Assembly (NCBI GenBank): GCA_963708075.1
Contig: OY970194.1
Span: 3,264,001 to 3,328,000, forward strand
Direction: 5' to 3'
From: Sedimentisphaerales bacterium
GTDB taxonomy: Bacteria; Planctomycetota; Phycisphaerae; Sedimentisphaerales; Anaerobacaceae
DNA: 64,000 bases
The notes under the pieces are model-generated. The model was not told the DNA's origin. It ran no database searches and saw nothing but the letters and a program-made list of their open reading frames with translations. Positions 19,173 through 29,460 of the stretch are shown piece by piece (position 1 is the first letter of the stretch; each line of letters begins with the position of its first letter). Made by a program: the position numbers and the translations under genes.

Positions 19173-19552
19173 AGCTCTCTATCTATCTGTGCACCGGCCC
19201 CACGGGCCCCTTCCATATCTTCAAAGTGGCGATAGATCTCCTGCCACACGCCAAATCCCCCCTTGTCCGCCACGTCCTGCGCCAGGTAGAGCCAGAACAG
19301 CCCGTGAACCTGCTGCGAGGCCCCATCCTCCCCATCTTCATCGACGTTCCACTGGCCGATGGATTCCTTTACCTCGTCGAACAGCTTCGTCAGAAGAACC
19401 GACTCGAAGTCCCGGGCGATCCGCTTCTTCTCTTCCTCACCCTGCTGCACAGGGTCCGATTGCGTCTTGACGACTTCAGACCGCAGCTTGGAATCGCGGC
19501 TGTAATCCGCAATCTGCAATCCGAAATCCGCAATAGGGTCGATCCCGTCCAT
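19169..19552 (-). CDS. flgJ: FlgJ-type rod-binding protein (no muramidase domain)
   Basis: KRIARDFESVLLTKLFDEVK...LAQDVADKGGFGV; directly after flgI. Confidence 0.8.
   Translation of the reverse strand: MDGIDPIADFGLQIADYSRDSKLRSEVVKTQSDPVQQGEEEKKRIARDFESVLLTKLFDEVKESIGQWNVDEDGEDGASQQVHGLFWLYLAQDVADKGGFGVWQEIYRHFEDMEGARGAGAQIDREL
19504..19534. repeat. Heptamer tandem repeat (AATCCGC-type) inside the flgJ 5' end
   Basis: AATCCGC AATCTGC AATCCGA AATCCGC AAT; encodes IADFGLQIAD. Confidence 0.8.
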
Positions 19553-19561
19553 GAGTGTCCC

Positions 19562-20707
19562 TTACATGATGACCAGCTTGGCCTGCAGGGCCCCGGCTTT
19601 CTTCAAGGCGTTGAAGATGGCGATGAGGTCCCGCGGCGAGGCCCCGATCGCATTGAGCGTTTTCGCCAGCTCAGACACGGTCACCGACCGCGCCACGGGG
19701 ATCAGGTACGCGTTCTGCTCCTCTGCCTCCAGGGCCGTCTCAGGAATGATCGCCGTCGTGCCGGAATCCGAGAACGGCGCCACCGGCTGGGAGACCGAAG
19801 CGATCTCCTGGACCTTCACGACCAGGCTGCCCTGGGAGATGGCCACGGCGGAGATGCCGACGCTCTCGCCCACGACAATCGTCCCCGTTCGCTCGTTGAT
19901 GACCACCGTGGCGGGCATGTCCACGGTCACCTCTTTCAGCGTGATCTCGTCGAGGAAACCGACGATGCCCGCCTGGTTGACGTTGTCGGGGACACTGACC
20001 CGCACAGTGCCCGCGTCGAGAACGACACTGCTGTCGGGATGAGACTGATTGATCGCCTGGCTGATTCGTTGGGCGGTGGAGAAGTCGTTGTTGCGCAGGT
20101 GAAAAGTGATGAAGCGCCGCCCGGCCACTTCCTCGATGAATTCGGCAGGCTCGGCCTGCTCGACGATGGCGCCATCGGGGATGCGGCCGACCGTCTGGTG
20201 GTTCTTGGACAGCGACGCCTGGTTGCCGGAGGCGGCCCAGCCGCCCAGCGATACGCCGCCCTGGGCGACAGCATAGACCTGCCCGTCAAGCCCTTTCAAC
20301 GGCGTCGGCAAAAGCATCCCTCCCTGGAGGCTCTTGGCGTCGCCGATCACGGACACATCCACGTCGATGCGTGCGCCTTCCCGGTCAAATGCACCCAGCT
20401 CGGCACTGACCATCACCACCGCGATGTTGCCGCCCGTCAGGTCGTTCGGTGTCAGGACCAGGCCCGAATCCCGGAGGATATTGGTGAGCATCTGCCGTGA
20501 CAGCAGAGTCGTGTCGCCGGTGCCGGCCAGACCAGTCACCAGCCCGATGCCGTTGAGCGGGTTGCCGCGCACGCCCTGGATATCCACGATGTCTTTGATG
20601 CGCTCCCCGGGCGCGGCACGACAGAGGGCCAGCACAACCGCCAGCGCCGCGGCAACTCGAAGGCTCGGATGCCGAGCGTCAGATTCACGAAAACGATGAG
20701 ATTTCAT
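19562..20707 (-). CDS. flgI: Flagellar P-ring protein FlgI
   Basis: ERIKDIVDIQGVRGNPLNGIGLVTGLAGTGD; VVINERTGTIV; LKKAGALQAKL. Confidence 0.97.
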   Translation of the reverse strand: MKSHRFRESDARHPSLRVAAALAVVLALCRAAPGERIKDIVDIQGVRGNPLNGIGLVTGLAGTGDTTLLSRQMLTNILRDSGLVLTPNDLTGGNIAVVMVSAELGAFDREGARIDVDVSVIGDAKSLQGGMLLPTPLKGLDGQVYAVAQGGVSLGGWAASGNQASLSKNHQTVGRIPDGAIVEQAEPAEFIEEVAGRRFITFHLRNNDFSTAQRISQAINQSHPDSSVVLDAGTVRVSVPDNVNQAGIVGFLDEITLKEVTVDMPATVVINERTGTIVVGESVGISAVAISQGSLVVKVQEIASVSQPVAPFSDSGTTAIIPETALEAEEQNAYLIPVARSVTVSELAKTLNAIGASPRDLIAIFNALKKAGALQAKLVIM

Positions 20708-20739
20708 GATTACGGTTCTCCAGGAATAGAAGCATCACC

Positions 20740-21354
20740 CTACCAGGGCCAGAGGACATTCATGATCTGACCGAGCCACCCGGGCTTCGTGTAGGGAGCG
20801 GACACGCCCCCGTTCTTCGTGAGAATGCGGAAGTTGGCGACCTGCTCGCTGCGAATCGTGTTGTCGAAGGCAACGTCGCTCGGACGCACGATCCCGCTGA
20901 CTTCAATTGTCTGCGTATCCCCGGCGATGCGCCGGTTCCGCGTCCCGGCGACCACGAGGTTGCCGTTCGGGAGCACGTCCATGACGACCACGCTGACACG
21001 GTCCTCGAAGCTGCGCTCGTCCTTGAAATCCGCCTTGCTCTTGAGCTCGTTGGAGGATTCGGCGTCCATCGTGAAGCCCGGGATGCTCGGCAGGATGTGA
21101 TCGATGTTCAGCTCGCCGTTGAAGTCGCTGGACCGCGCGGTCTCCTTCTTCAAGTCGCGCTTGCCCTTGTTATCAACCTTGCTTTCCTCGATGATCTTGA
21201 TCGTCAGAGTATCCCCGATGTTGCGGGCGACGTCATCGACGTACAGCCTCTTCATGCTCTTGTCCCGCTTGGCCCAGATCGAGCCCGCATGGACAAAGTC
21301 GCACGCAAACAGCACCAGCGTAAGCGCCAAGAAGGTGTTCGCTGACCTTTTCAT
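20740..21354 (-). CDS. flgH: Flagellar L-ring protein FlgH
   Basis: ARNIGDTLTIKIIE; VMDVLPNGNLVVAG; SGIVRPSDV...IRSEQVAN; start at ATG 21354 gives a signal peptide. Confidence 0.93.
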   Translation of the reverse strand: MKRSANTFLALTLVLFACDFVHAGSIWAKRDKSMKRLYVDDVARNIGDTLTIKIIEESKVDNKGKRDLKKETARSSDFNGELNIDHILPSIPGFTMDAESSNELKSKADFKDERSFEDRVSVVVMDVLPNGNLVVAGTRNRRIAGDTQTIEVSGIVRPSDVAFDNTIRSEQVANFRILTKNGGVSAPYTKPGWLGQIMNVLWPW

Positions 21355-21392
21355 TGGATGTCCTTCCATGTTGCAGAGCTCCACTGAATAAC

Positions 21393-22388
21393 TCAGAGCA
21401 CGGGCTCGACGGTCCCATCGTCGTTCACCTTGCACACAATGATGCGATGCGAATCCGTGTTGCGGACCTTGACGTATTGCCCGGCCCGCCCCTCCTGCAT
21501 CGCCAGGCCGACGGCGGTCACCAGGAACCCGGGACGCTGAATGCGGATTACGACGGTTTCGTTGCGCCGGATAACCAGCGACGGCTCAGGAGCGTCGACC
21601 ATGCCGTCGCGGATTTCGGTCCGCGCCGGCAGATCACGCAGGGCCACCAGGCCATGCGGGGACTTCCAGCCGGTCTCGGGCCGGTCAGAGACCGTCTCTT
21701 CGATCTTCACATTCTCCGGGGTAAGCGTCGCACCTTCCGAAATCTCCTGCAGGGTGACGGCCTTGTGGCACCGGTACCGCAGGCGAAGCGGGACGGTCCG
21801 CGACCCAACCTCTTTCCCATCCACAACTACCGCCACCTGGATCGTTACGAAGCCGCTGGCGCCGTTCTCGACAAATCGCGGCACAAGCTGCATATTCCGG
21901 GGCTCGTCGAGCAGGACCAGGTCCTTCGGCTTGGCCGCCGCCGTGCCGTCACAGAGTGATGTGCCGGGCGGGTTCTGCTGCAGGAACAACCTCGCGAAGG
22001 AGACGAACTCGTCCCCACTGATGACTTGCTGGCGTCGTCGCACCGTGACGGCGTCCGCGCCGGTCAGTACTACGCTGTCGGCCGGGATGCCCTGGGAGGC
22101 GAGGCGGCTAAGGATCGTCGCGCGGTCCAGTGTGATCTTCTGCCCCGGCACGGAGAACCGGCCGAGACGCACACTGCCCGCGGTCGTGGCCACAGGTCCG
22201 GCCCCCGTGATCGCAGTGACCTGTCCGAGGCTCAGGAATGAGCTTGGCACCGTCACCTCGCGCGGCAGGTGAATGCGCAGCAAGTTATCCGACGTGCTGT
22301 CCTCGCCGCCTGAGGCCGCCGCATTGCACAGCCCGGTGAGAGACAAGATGAAAGTAGCTCGGATGACCCATAACAAACGGTGATTCAT
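21393..22388 (-). CDS. flgA: P-ring formation chaperone FlgA
   Basis: Signal peptide; C-term VIRRNETV...GLAMQEGRAGQYVKVRNTDSHRII; between flgG and flgH. Confidence 0.9.
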   Translation of the reverse strand: MNHRLLWVIRATFILSLTGLCNAAASGGEDSTSDNLLRIHLPREVTVPSSFLSLGQVTAITGAGPVATTAGSVRLGRFSVPGQKITLDRATILSRLASQGIPADSVVLTGADAVTVRRRQQVISGDEFVSFARLFLQQNPPGTSLCDGTAAAKPKDLVLLDEPRNMQLVPRFVENGASGFVTIQVAVVVDGKEVGSRTVPLRLRYRCHKAVTLQEISEGATLTPENVKIEETVSDRPETGWKSPHGLVALRDLPARTEIRDGMVDAPEPSLVIRRNETVVIRIQRPGFLVTAVGLAMQEGRAGQYVKVRNTDSHRIIVCKVNDDGTVEPVL

Positions 22389-22397
22389 GTGCCGCTC

Positions 22398-23184
22398 CTA
22401 ACGGGTGATGCTGTTGGTTCTCACGAAGCATGTCGTCGCCGGCCTTGATGGCCCGCGAGTTGATCTCGTACGCTCTCTGCGCCGTGATCAGGTTCACCAG
22501 CTCGTTGACCATCTGGACGTTGGATTTTTCGAGGAAGCCGGACTGGATGGTCCCCAGCCCGTCCTGTCCCGGGTTGCCGGGCACGGGTTCGCCGCTGGCG
22601 TCGGTCGAGGCATACAGGTTGTCCCCCTGGTTGGTCAGGCCGGCGGGGTTCGTGAACCGCACGAGTTGAATCGTGCCGACGGTGGAGCGTGAGCCCGATG
22701 CGTCGGTGACATTGACGCCCCCATCGGGCCCAATATCCACCGAGGCGGCATCCGTCGGAATACTGATTCCCGGGTCCAGCGTGTACCCCGTCGTCGTGAC
22801 GAGTTGCCCGTTCGCGTTCATCTCCAGGGCGCCGTTGCGCGTATAGCGGAGATCACCATTCGGCATGAGGACCTGAAGGAAGCCATTACCGCGGATGGCG
22901 ATGTCGAGCTTGCGGCCGGTGTTGGTCAGCTCGCCCATGCTGAAGACCTTGAGCGTGGAGCCGACGCGCACACCGCTGCCAACCTCCAGCCCGGTCGGGG
23001 CATTGACCCCCGGGGCGACCTCCGTGCCGGACTCCTTGATCTTGTCGTACAGCAGGTCCTGGAAATCGATCTGGCTGCGCTTGAAGCCGGTCGTGTTCAC
23101 GTTGGCCAGGTTGTTGGCGATGACATCCACCAGCGTCTGCTGGGCCATCATGCCTGTTGCCGCCGTGGAAAATGCTCTAAGCAT
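22398..23184 (-). CDS. flgG: Distal rod protein FlgG, +1 frameshift at ~22418 just before the true stop
   Basis: AATGMMAQQ..VDVIANNLANVNTTGFKR; LEKSNVQMVNELVNLITAQRAYEINSR; removing one A gives DDMLRETNSITR-stop (261 aa) followed by the flgA RBS and ATG. Confidence 0.95.
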
Positions 23185-23198
23185 ACGCAACCCCTTTA

Positions 23199-23282
23199 AT
23201 GTACGATTTACGATGTATGATTTACGATTTGGACTTGGGCCATCCGCAGCAAATCGTAAATCATAAATCGTAAATCATAAAT
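23199..23282. repeat. Inverted pair of heptamer arrays (ATTTACG / AAATCGT), 32-bp stem with 20-nt loop, between flgF and flgG
   Basis: Left arm 23199-23230 and right arm 23251-23282 are reverse complements with 3 mismatches. Confidence 0.9.
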
Positions 23283-23286
23283 TCTC

Positions 23287-24015
23287 TCAGCCCATGGCCA
23301 CGTTGACCATGCTGCTGCTCGTGTCCTTCATCACACTCGCCAGTCTCATATTGGCCTCGTAGAGGCGCGAGACCGTGATCATGTTGACCAGCTCATCGAC
23401 GATCCTGACGTTGGACGCCTCCTGGTAACCCTGCTTGACCACCGGGCTCAGCACCTCGACGGGCTGCACTTCCGGCGGGACTCGGAAACAGGTGTTGCCG
23501 GCGGGGACAAGCTGATCTTCGTAACCGGGAAACTCGACAACTCGGAACTGGCCGATCGCTGCACCGCGTGCGCTGATGCGGCCGTCGCCGGCGACATTGA
23601 TGGCGGACGGATCGACGTCAGCAGGGAGCGAGATCGGTCCGGCGATGCCGGCCACTACCCGCCCCGACAGGTCAACGATCTGCCCGTTCGGATTCGTCTG
23701 GAACACGCCGTGCCGCGTGTACAGCGGCCCCTCCGGCGTCTCAATGACGAAGAACCCCTGGCCGTAAAGAGCGAAATCCAGCGTCCGGTCCGTTTGGACG
23801 AGGCTGCCCTGCGAGAAGTCGAGCGGCATCGCGGACTCCTCTTGTGCGCCTCCATCGCCCCCTGTACCCGTCTGTTCATCGAGGGCCCGGGTGAACGCGT
23901 TGCAGCGGCGCTTGTAGCCCGCGGTGCTCGCATTGGCCAGGTTATGTGCAACGATATCGAACTCCCTGGTCAGGGTGTCGAGACTCGTGCTCACCTGAGT
24001 TCCAATGTCTGTCAT
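23287..24015 (-). CDS. flgF: Proximal rod protein FlgF
   Basis: DIVAHNLANASTAGYKR; DFSQGSLVQTDRTLDFAL; EASNVRIVDELVNMITVSRLYEAN; upstream of flgG. Confidence 0.85.
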   Translation of the reverse strand: MTDIGTQVSTSLDTLTREFDIVAHNLANASTAGYKRRCNAFTRALDEQTGTGGDGGAQEESAMPLDFSQGSLVQTDRTLDFALYGQGFFVIETPEGPLYTRHGVFQTNPNGQIVDLSGRVVAGIAGPISLPADVDPSAINVAGDGRISARGAAIGQFRVVEFPGYEDQLVPAGNTCFRVPPEVQPVEVLSPVVKQGYQEASNVRIVDELVNMITVSRLYEANMRLASVMKDTSSSMVNVAMG

Positions 24016-24016
24016 T

Positions 24017-24919
24017 CTACGCTCCCTGCATGACCCGCTCACCCGGCACAGCCGCTTGCGCCAAGTGCATCAGCTCATCAAGCTCCAGGCTCGTGAGGTC
24101 TGTCAAATCCACGGTGATCACCGTCTCCTCGCCAACCGCTTGCCTGTGTCTCACCCGCCCAACGTGTAAAATGATATGCCCACGACTTCCGGCGTCGTCC
24201 GTCGCTTCGCCCTCACGGGCCGATCCCAACGTGAACACAACCAGGACCCTCTCACCCACCTGCGCCGCCAATGGACTGTGGACCTTCAGGCCGGAGTCCG
24301 ACACCTCTGTCACGACCCCGCGAACCAGCTCGAACCAATCCGTCGGGCCCACGTCGTTCAACCCCATGGCGGCCGCTTGCACAAATGGGAAACGGGCAAC
24401 GGTCGCCATGGCATCGCTGGAGATGACCCGGTTACTCCTCGGTGTAGCCTGCTCGTGCTTGCCGTTCATCCGGTACGCAAGCCTTTCGCGAAGGGCGGCC
24501 ACTTCCAGGCGGAGCCGCTCGGTCTCCTGGGCTGTCCGGCTGTGGGCGCACTCTTCCAGAAGCTTGGCCGCTCCCCGGTCGAAGGCATCGGGGGTAATGA
24601 AGATGTCGTGGCTTCGCTCGATGCCGCTCCTGGCGACAATTACCAGGAGCATCTGCCGATCCCTCGCTCCAAGGCCCCTTCTCGCCGCGCCGTCCGAGAA
24701 TAAATCCCTCGCCTGCGCTATAGGCACATGGGGGCGTCTGTGGCTGACCCACCACAGCAGCAGGACCAGTGCCAGCAACAGCAGCGTGACAACTACAATC
24801 ACCGAGTAGTCCTCCCCGGAACGGGGATGGATCTTCTGGGCGGCCGCCCATCTCTCGCGGGCCGTCAGGGCCAGCAAGGCCGTGTCACAACTGTCCCACA
24901 TGGTGCTGCCGATGGTCAT
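24017..24919 (-). CDS. Membrane-anchored protein with C-terminal PilZ-like beta-barrel
   Basis: TM VIVVVTLLLLALVLLLWWV; VTEVSDSGLKV..VGERVLVVF..VGRVRH..TVDLTDL pattern. Confidence 0.6.
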   Translation of the reverse strand: MTIGSTMWDSCDTALLALTARERWAAAQKIHPRSGEDYSVIVVVTLLLLALVLLLWWVSHRRPHVPIAQARDLFSDGAARRGLGARDRQMLLVIVARSGIERSHDIFITPDAFDRGAAKLLEECAHSRTAQETERLRLEVAALRERLAYRMNGKHEQATPRSNRVISSDAMATVARFPFVQAAAMGLNDVGPTDWFELVRGVVTEVSDSGLKVHSPLAAQVGERVLVVFTLGSAREGEATDDAGSRGHIILHVGRVRHRQAVGEETVITVDLTDLTSLELDELMHLAQAAVPGERVMQGA

Positions 24920-24959
24920 CGAATCCCCGTTAGCACTACTGCCGTCGCGGAATACCCGG

Positions 24960-26648
24960 CTACCGGATCAGACTGGTCAGCTCACGAAGAATATCCGTCG
25001 CCACCCGAATCGTTCGGGCATTGGCCTGGAAGCCGTTCTGGGCCTGAATCATGTTGACGAACTCCGTCGCCACGTCGGCGTTGGATTTCTCCAGGGCCCC
25101 GCCGTGGATGGAGCCGGCGCCGCTGCGCATGGCTTGGGTGGCCACGGCCCCGCCGGAGTTCGGCGACGGGGCATAGTACCCGCCGCCCACCCCCTGCAGA
25201 CCGGCGGGGTTGTTGAACAGGCCCACCTGCAGAGCCGCGATGTCCTTCTTGATGCCGTTGGAGAAGGCCCCAATGAGCACGCCCTCGCCATCGACGGACA
25301 CTCCGGAGAGGTTGCCGGCTTCATACCCGTCCTGCTCGCGCGCCACCGCCGTGGAGTTGCCGGCGAACTGCGTCAGCCCGTCGAACGAGCCTGCGCTCCC
25401 AAGGTTCATCGCAACGGTTTGTGCATGCGCCATATCATGCTCGAACGTAATGACGAACTCAGCGGCTTCCGTATCAGGAATACCGGCAAAGGCGCCCGTT
25501 TGGGCGTTGAACGCCAGACTGTCGATACGACGGTCCTCGGGGAGTATCTGGCCGACGTTGCCGGTGACAGAGGTCAGAACCATGTCCCACGTATTGACCG
25601 CATCGGTCCGCACGAGAGCTGCCGAGAGCACGTGCTTGCCGCCCTGAGAATCGTAAATTGCGATGTTGACGTTCTTGACTTCGTCTCCGCCGACCGTGGT
25701 GAGCTCGAAGTACGGCGACATGGTCAACGTGCCGTCACCACCATAGGAGAGGGCAATATCGGACTTGCTGTACCCGGTCTGGTCGTCCGTAATACGGATT
25801 CGCCCGCCGGCCAATGAAGCCGTCGCGCCGCTGAGCACGTTGGTATTCAGATGAGTGATCAAGTCCCCCAGCGTCGTGGTTGGGGCCACGGTGAAGGACA
25901 GGCCGGCGCTGAATGCGGACCCATCGGGGTTGTACCCGGAGATCGTGATCGTTCCGTCTTCCCCAACGCCCAGTTGGCCGCCCGCCGCGGACCCGCCGCT
26001 GAACTGGTCAAGCTGATCGATCTCCGTGGTGTCCACGGCCTCTCGGTCCCCGTCATACGTGTACCGCAGGTTGGAGGTCAGAACCTGGGCATTCGCCACA
26101 CCGGTCGCGTCGGAGCTGAGGTTGCCGCTGATGGAGATCTCCGAAGTGGCCTTGGCGGGAAGGGCGACGTCGTAGGGCACGCGAATGCTGCTGTCACCAA
26201 CCGCCTGGAATCCGTCCAACTCTCCGGTCAGACCGATGCGCTGGACTCGATAGCCGGCGGAGGGATCGACAAGGTAGCCTTCCGCATCGACTCCGAACGC
26301 CCCCGCGCGCGTATAGAGGTACTGCTCCCCGTCACCGACCACGAAGTAGCCCGCGCCTTCGAGGGCCATATCCAGGGGACTGCCCGTGTTTACAATACTG
26401 CCCTGCTCGGTATTGGGGGTGATGCCGGCCACGCCGACGCCGCTGCCCACCTGCTCAGGGTTCGTTCCGCCGACGCGCTCCGTCGGCTGCGAGCCCTGTT
26501 CCACCGTCTGGCTCAATAACTCCTCGAAGGTGATCCGGCTGGCCTTGAACGCGGTGGTATTGATATTCGCCAGGTTGTTCCCCGCGATGTCCAGCATCTT
26601 CTGATGAGCCTGCAACCCCGTGATTCCCGATGACAATGCATAGGTCAT
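24960..26648 (-). CDS. flgE: Flagellar hook protein FlgE
   Basis: LDIAGNNLANINTTAFKASR; YTRAGAF; LEKSNADVATEFVNMIQAQNGFQANAR; 562 aa. Confidence 0.96.
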   Translation of the reverse strand: MTYALSSGITGLQAHQKMLDIAGNNLANINTTAFKASRITFEELLSQTVEQGSQPTERVGGTNPEQVGSGVGVAGITPNTEQGSIVNTGSPLDMALEGAGYFVVGDGEQYLYTRAGAFGVDAEGYLVDPSAGYRVQRIGLTGELDGFQAVGDSSIRVPYDVALPAKATSEISISGNLSSDATGVANAQVLTSNLRYTYDGDREAVDTTEIDQLDQFSGGSAAGGQLGVGEDGTITISGYNPDGSAFSAGLSFTVAPTTTLGDLITHLNTNVLSGATASLAGGRIRITDDQTGYSKSDIALSYGGDGTLTMSPYFELTTVGGDEVKNVNIAIYDSQGGKHVLSAALVRTDAVNTWDMVLTSVTGNVGQILPEDRRIDSLAFNAQTGAFAGIPDTEAAEFVITFEHDMAHAQTVAMNLGSAGSFDGLTQFAGNSTAVAREQDGYEAGNLSGVSVDGEGVLIGAFSNGIKKDIAALQVGLFNNPAGLQGVGGGYYAPSPNSGGAVATQAMRSGAGSIHGGALEKSNADVATEFVNMIQAQNGFQANARTIRVATDILRELTSLIR

Positions 26649-26687
26649 GTTTGCTGTCTCCCACTACTGAAATCGCCGACTTGCCCG

Positions 26688-27068
26688 TTACTCCCGAATC
26701 GATAGCACATCTGCCAGATCCACTTTCTGATCGTCCACGACCAGACTGATCTGACCATCCTTTCCCATGAGCACCTCGTCCACCTTCCCCGTGCGGGTCT
26801 CCACGCCGTCGTCCGTCGTGACTTTGAAGGAGACCTCTCGACCGATCAGCGAGCCGGCGTAGCCGCGCTGCACGGAGTCCAGTACCCGGCCGAAGGAGCT
26901 GTTCATATTCTCCAGTTGCTGAAGCTGTGAGAACTGCGCCAACTGGGCCGTCATATCCTTGTTGTCCAGCGGCTCCAGCGGATTCTGGTTCTGCAGTTGC
27001 GCCACCAGCAGCTTCATGTAATCCATCTGGATATCACTCGCAGATCCGGTCATGCCTGTCACATTCAT
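26688..27068 (-). CDS. flgD: Hook capping protein FlgD (short form)
   Basis: YMKLLVAQLQNQNPLEPLDNKDMTAQLAQFSQLQQL; SLIGREV. Confidence 0.93.
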   Translation of the reverse strand: MNVTGMTGSASDIQMDYMKLLVAQLQNQNPLEPLDNKDMTAQLAQFSQLQQLENMNSSFGRVLDSVQRGYAGSLIGREVSFKVTTDDGVETRTGKVDEVLMGKDGQISLVVDDQKVDLADVLSIRE

Positions 27069-27162
27069 ATGTTCCGCCTCATATCATCCGTACCCGCACG
27101 CTAAACTATCTTGCATTCATCCACTTTCCAGTGAGCCCTGTTTGCACCATTCGTGCCCATTG

Positions 27163-27178
27163 AGCAAGCGGCGTGCCA
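27163..27178 (-). promoter_or_regulatory. Sigma54 promoter of the flgD operon
   Basis: Minus strand TGGCAC-GCCGC-TTGCT, exact consensus, ~95 bp upstream of flgD. Confidence 0.9.
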
Positions 27179-27616
27179 GAAGCGGATACCGCGTGAATAT
27201 TAGATATCGCGAGCCTCAAATGGTGGTTCACGAGTCTGATCGCACGTGTCACGACACCGGGCGACGCCGTTGGCGATTCCTCCGGGCAGGAGAAATCTTC
27301 CGAACGCGTGCGGAAGAATCTGCCGCCACGGTGGAGCCGGTCGTCCACCGGAGCCCGATCTTGCCGGGGAAGTCGGGCGACGCATGCGAGTCCCATAAGA
27401 AACGGAGTTGAATTCCTGCCCGTGCGCGAGGCGCGCGACATGCACCAGGCCGGCCCTGCGAGCCACTCTCTCGTGCAGGAAAACTCGCGTGATTTACGGC
27501 GGACCGACCGTCCAATAAAGATTAAAGTTGCGCGAAACCTCCGGCCGATGTGCGGGTATCCATACCGAAGCGATGGTTGGATGGTGATGGTTCATGGATG
27601 ACAGGGTCGGGAGAAT

Positions 27617-29059
<1,443 letters not shown>

Positions 29060-29361
29060 CCACTGCAGGCGCCAGCCGTCGCCCTGTAGAGGCGAAAAAT
29101 CTTCCGTCTCGACTCTCCCCCGTCCCATTCACATTTCTCCAGGTCTTGACCACCTTTGCACATCCTCTGCGGCATTCAGGCTACGCCCTGCCCACGAGCG
29201 ATGCTTGTCAGAAAATCTGCCGGTCCGTATAGAATCCTGACATGGCCCACAACCTCGCATCGTCGCCGTCATCGGGAAAACGAGAATAATGAACGACCCC
29301 ACACGCGGCAAACTGGACAACGATGCGAGTCCTATCGTCTTAAGCGGCGCTTCGGCGAATC

Positions 29362-29377
29362 TGGCACGGGTGTTGCT
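29362..29377 (+). promoter_or_regulatory. Sigma54 promoter of the TPR-fliLMN-flhA-fliA operon
   Basis: TGGCAC-GGGTG-TTGCT, exact consensus, ~85 bp upstream of 29461. Confidence 0.9.
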
Positions 29378-29460
29378 GTTATCAGGAAAGGTCTGCGGCC
29401 GCACTACGGGAATACCGTGCCCTATCGCGGGCCGCAGGACTCGGACCAGGATACGAGGTT

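Noticed and set aside
27523..27551. Sigma28 promoter upstream of the first activator (TAAA...GCCGATGT)
   Set aside because: Spacer is 17 bp rather than about 15; not supportable without TSS data
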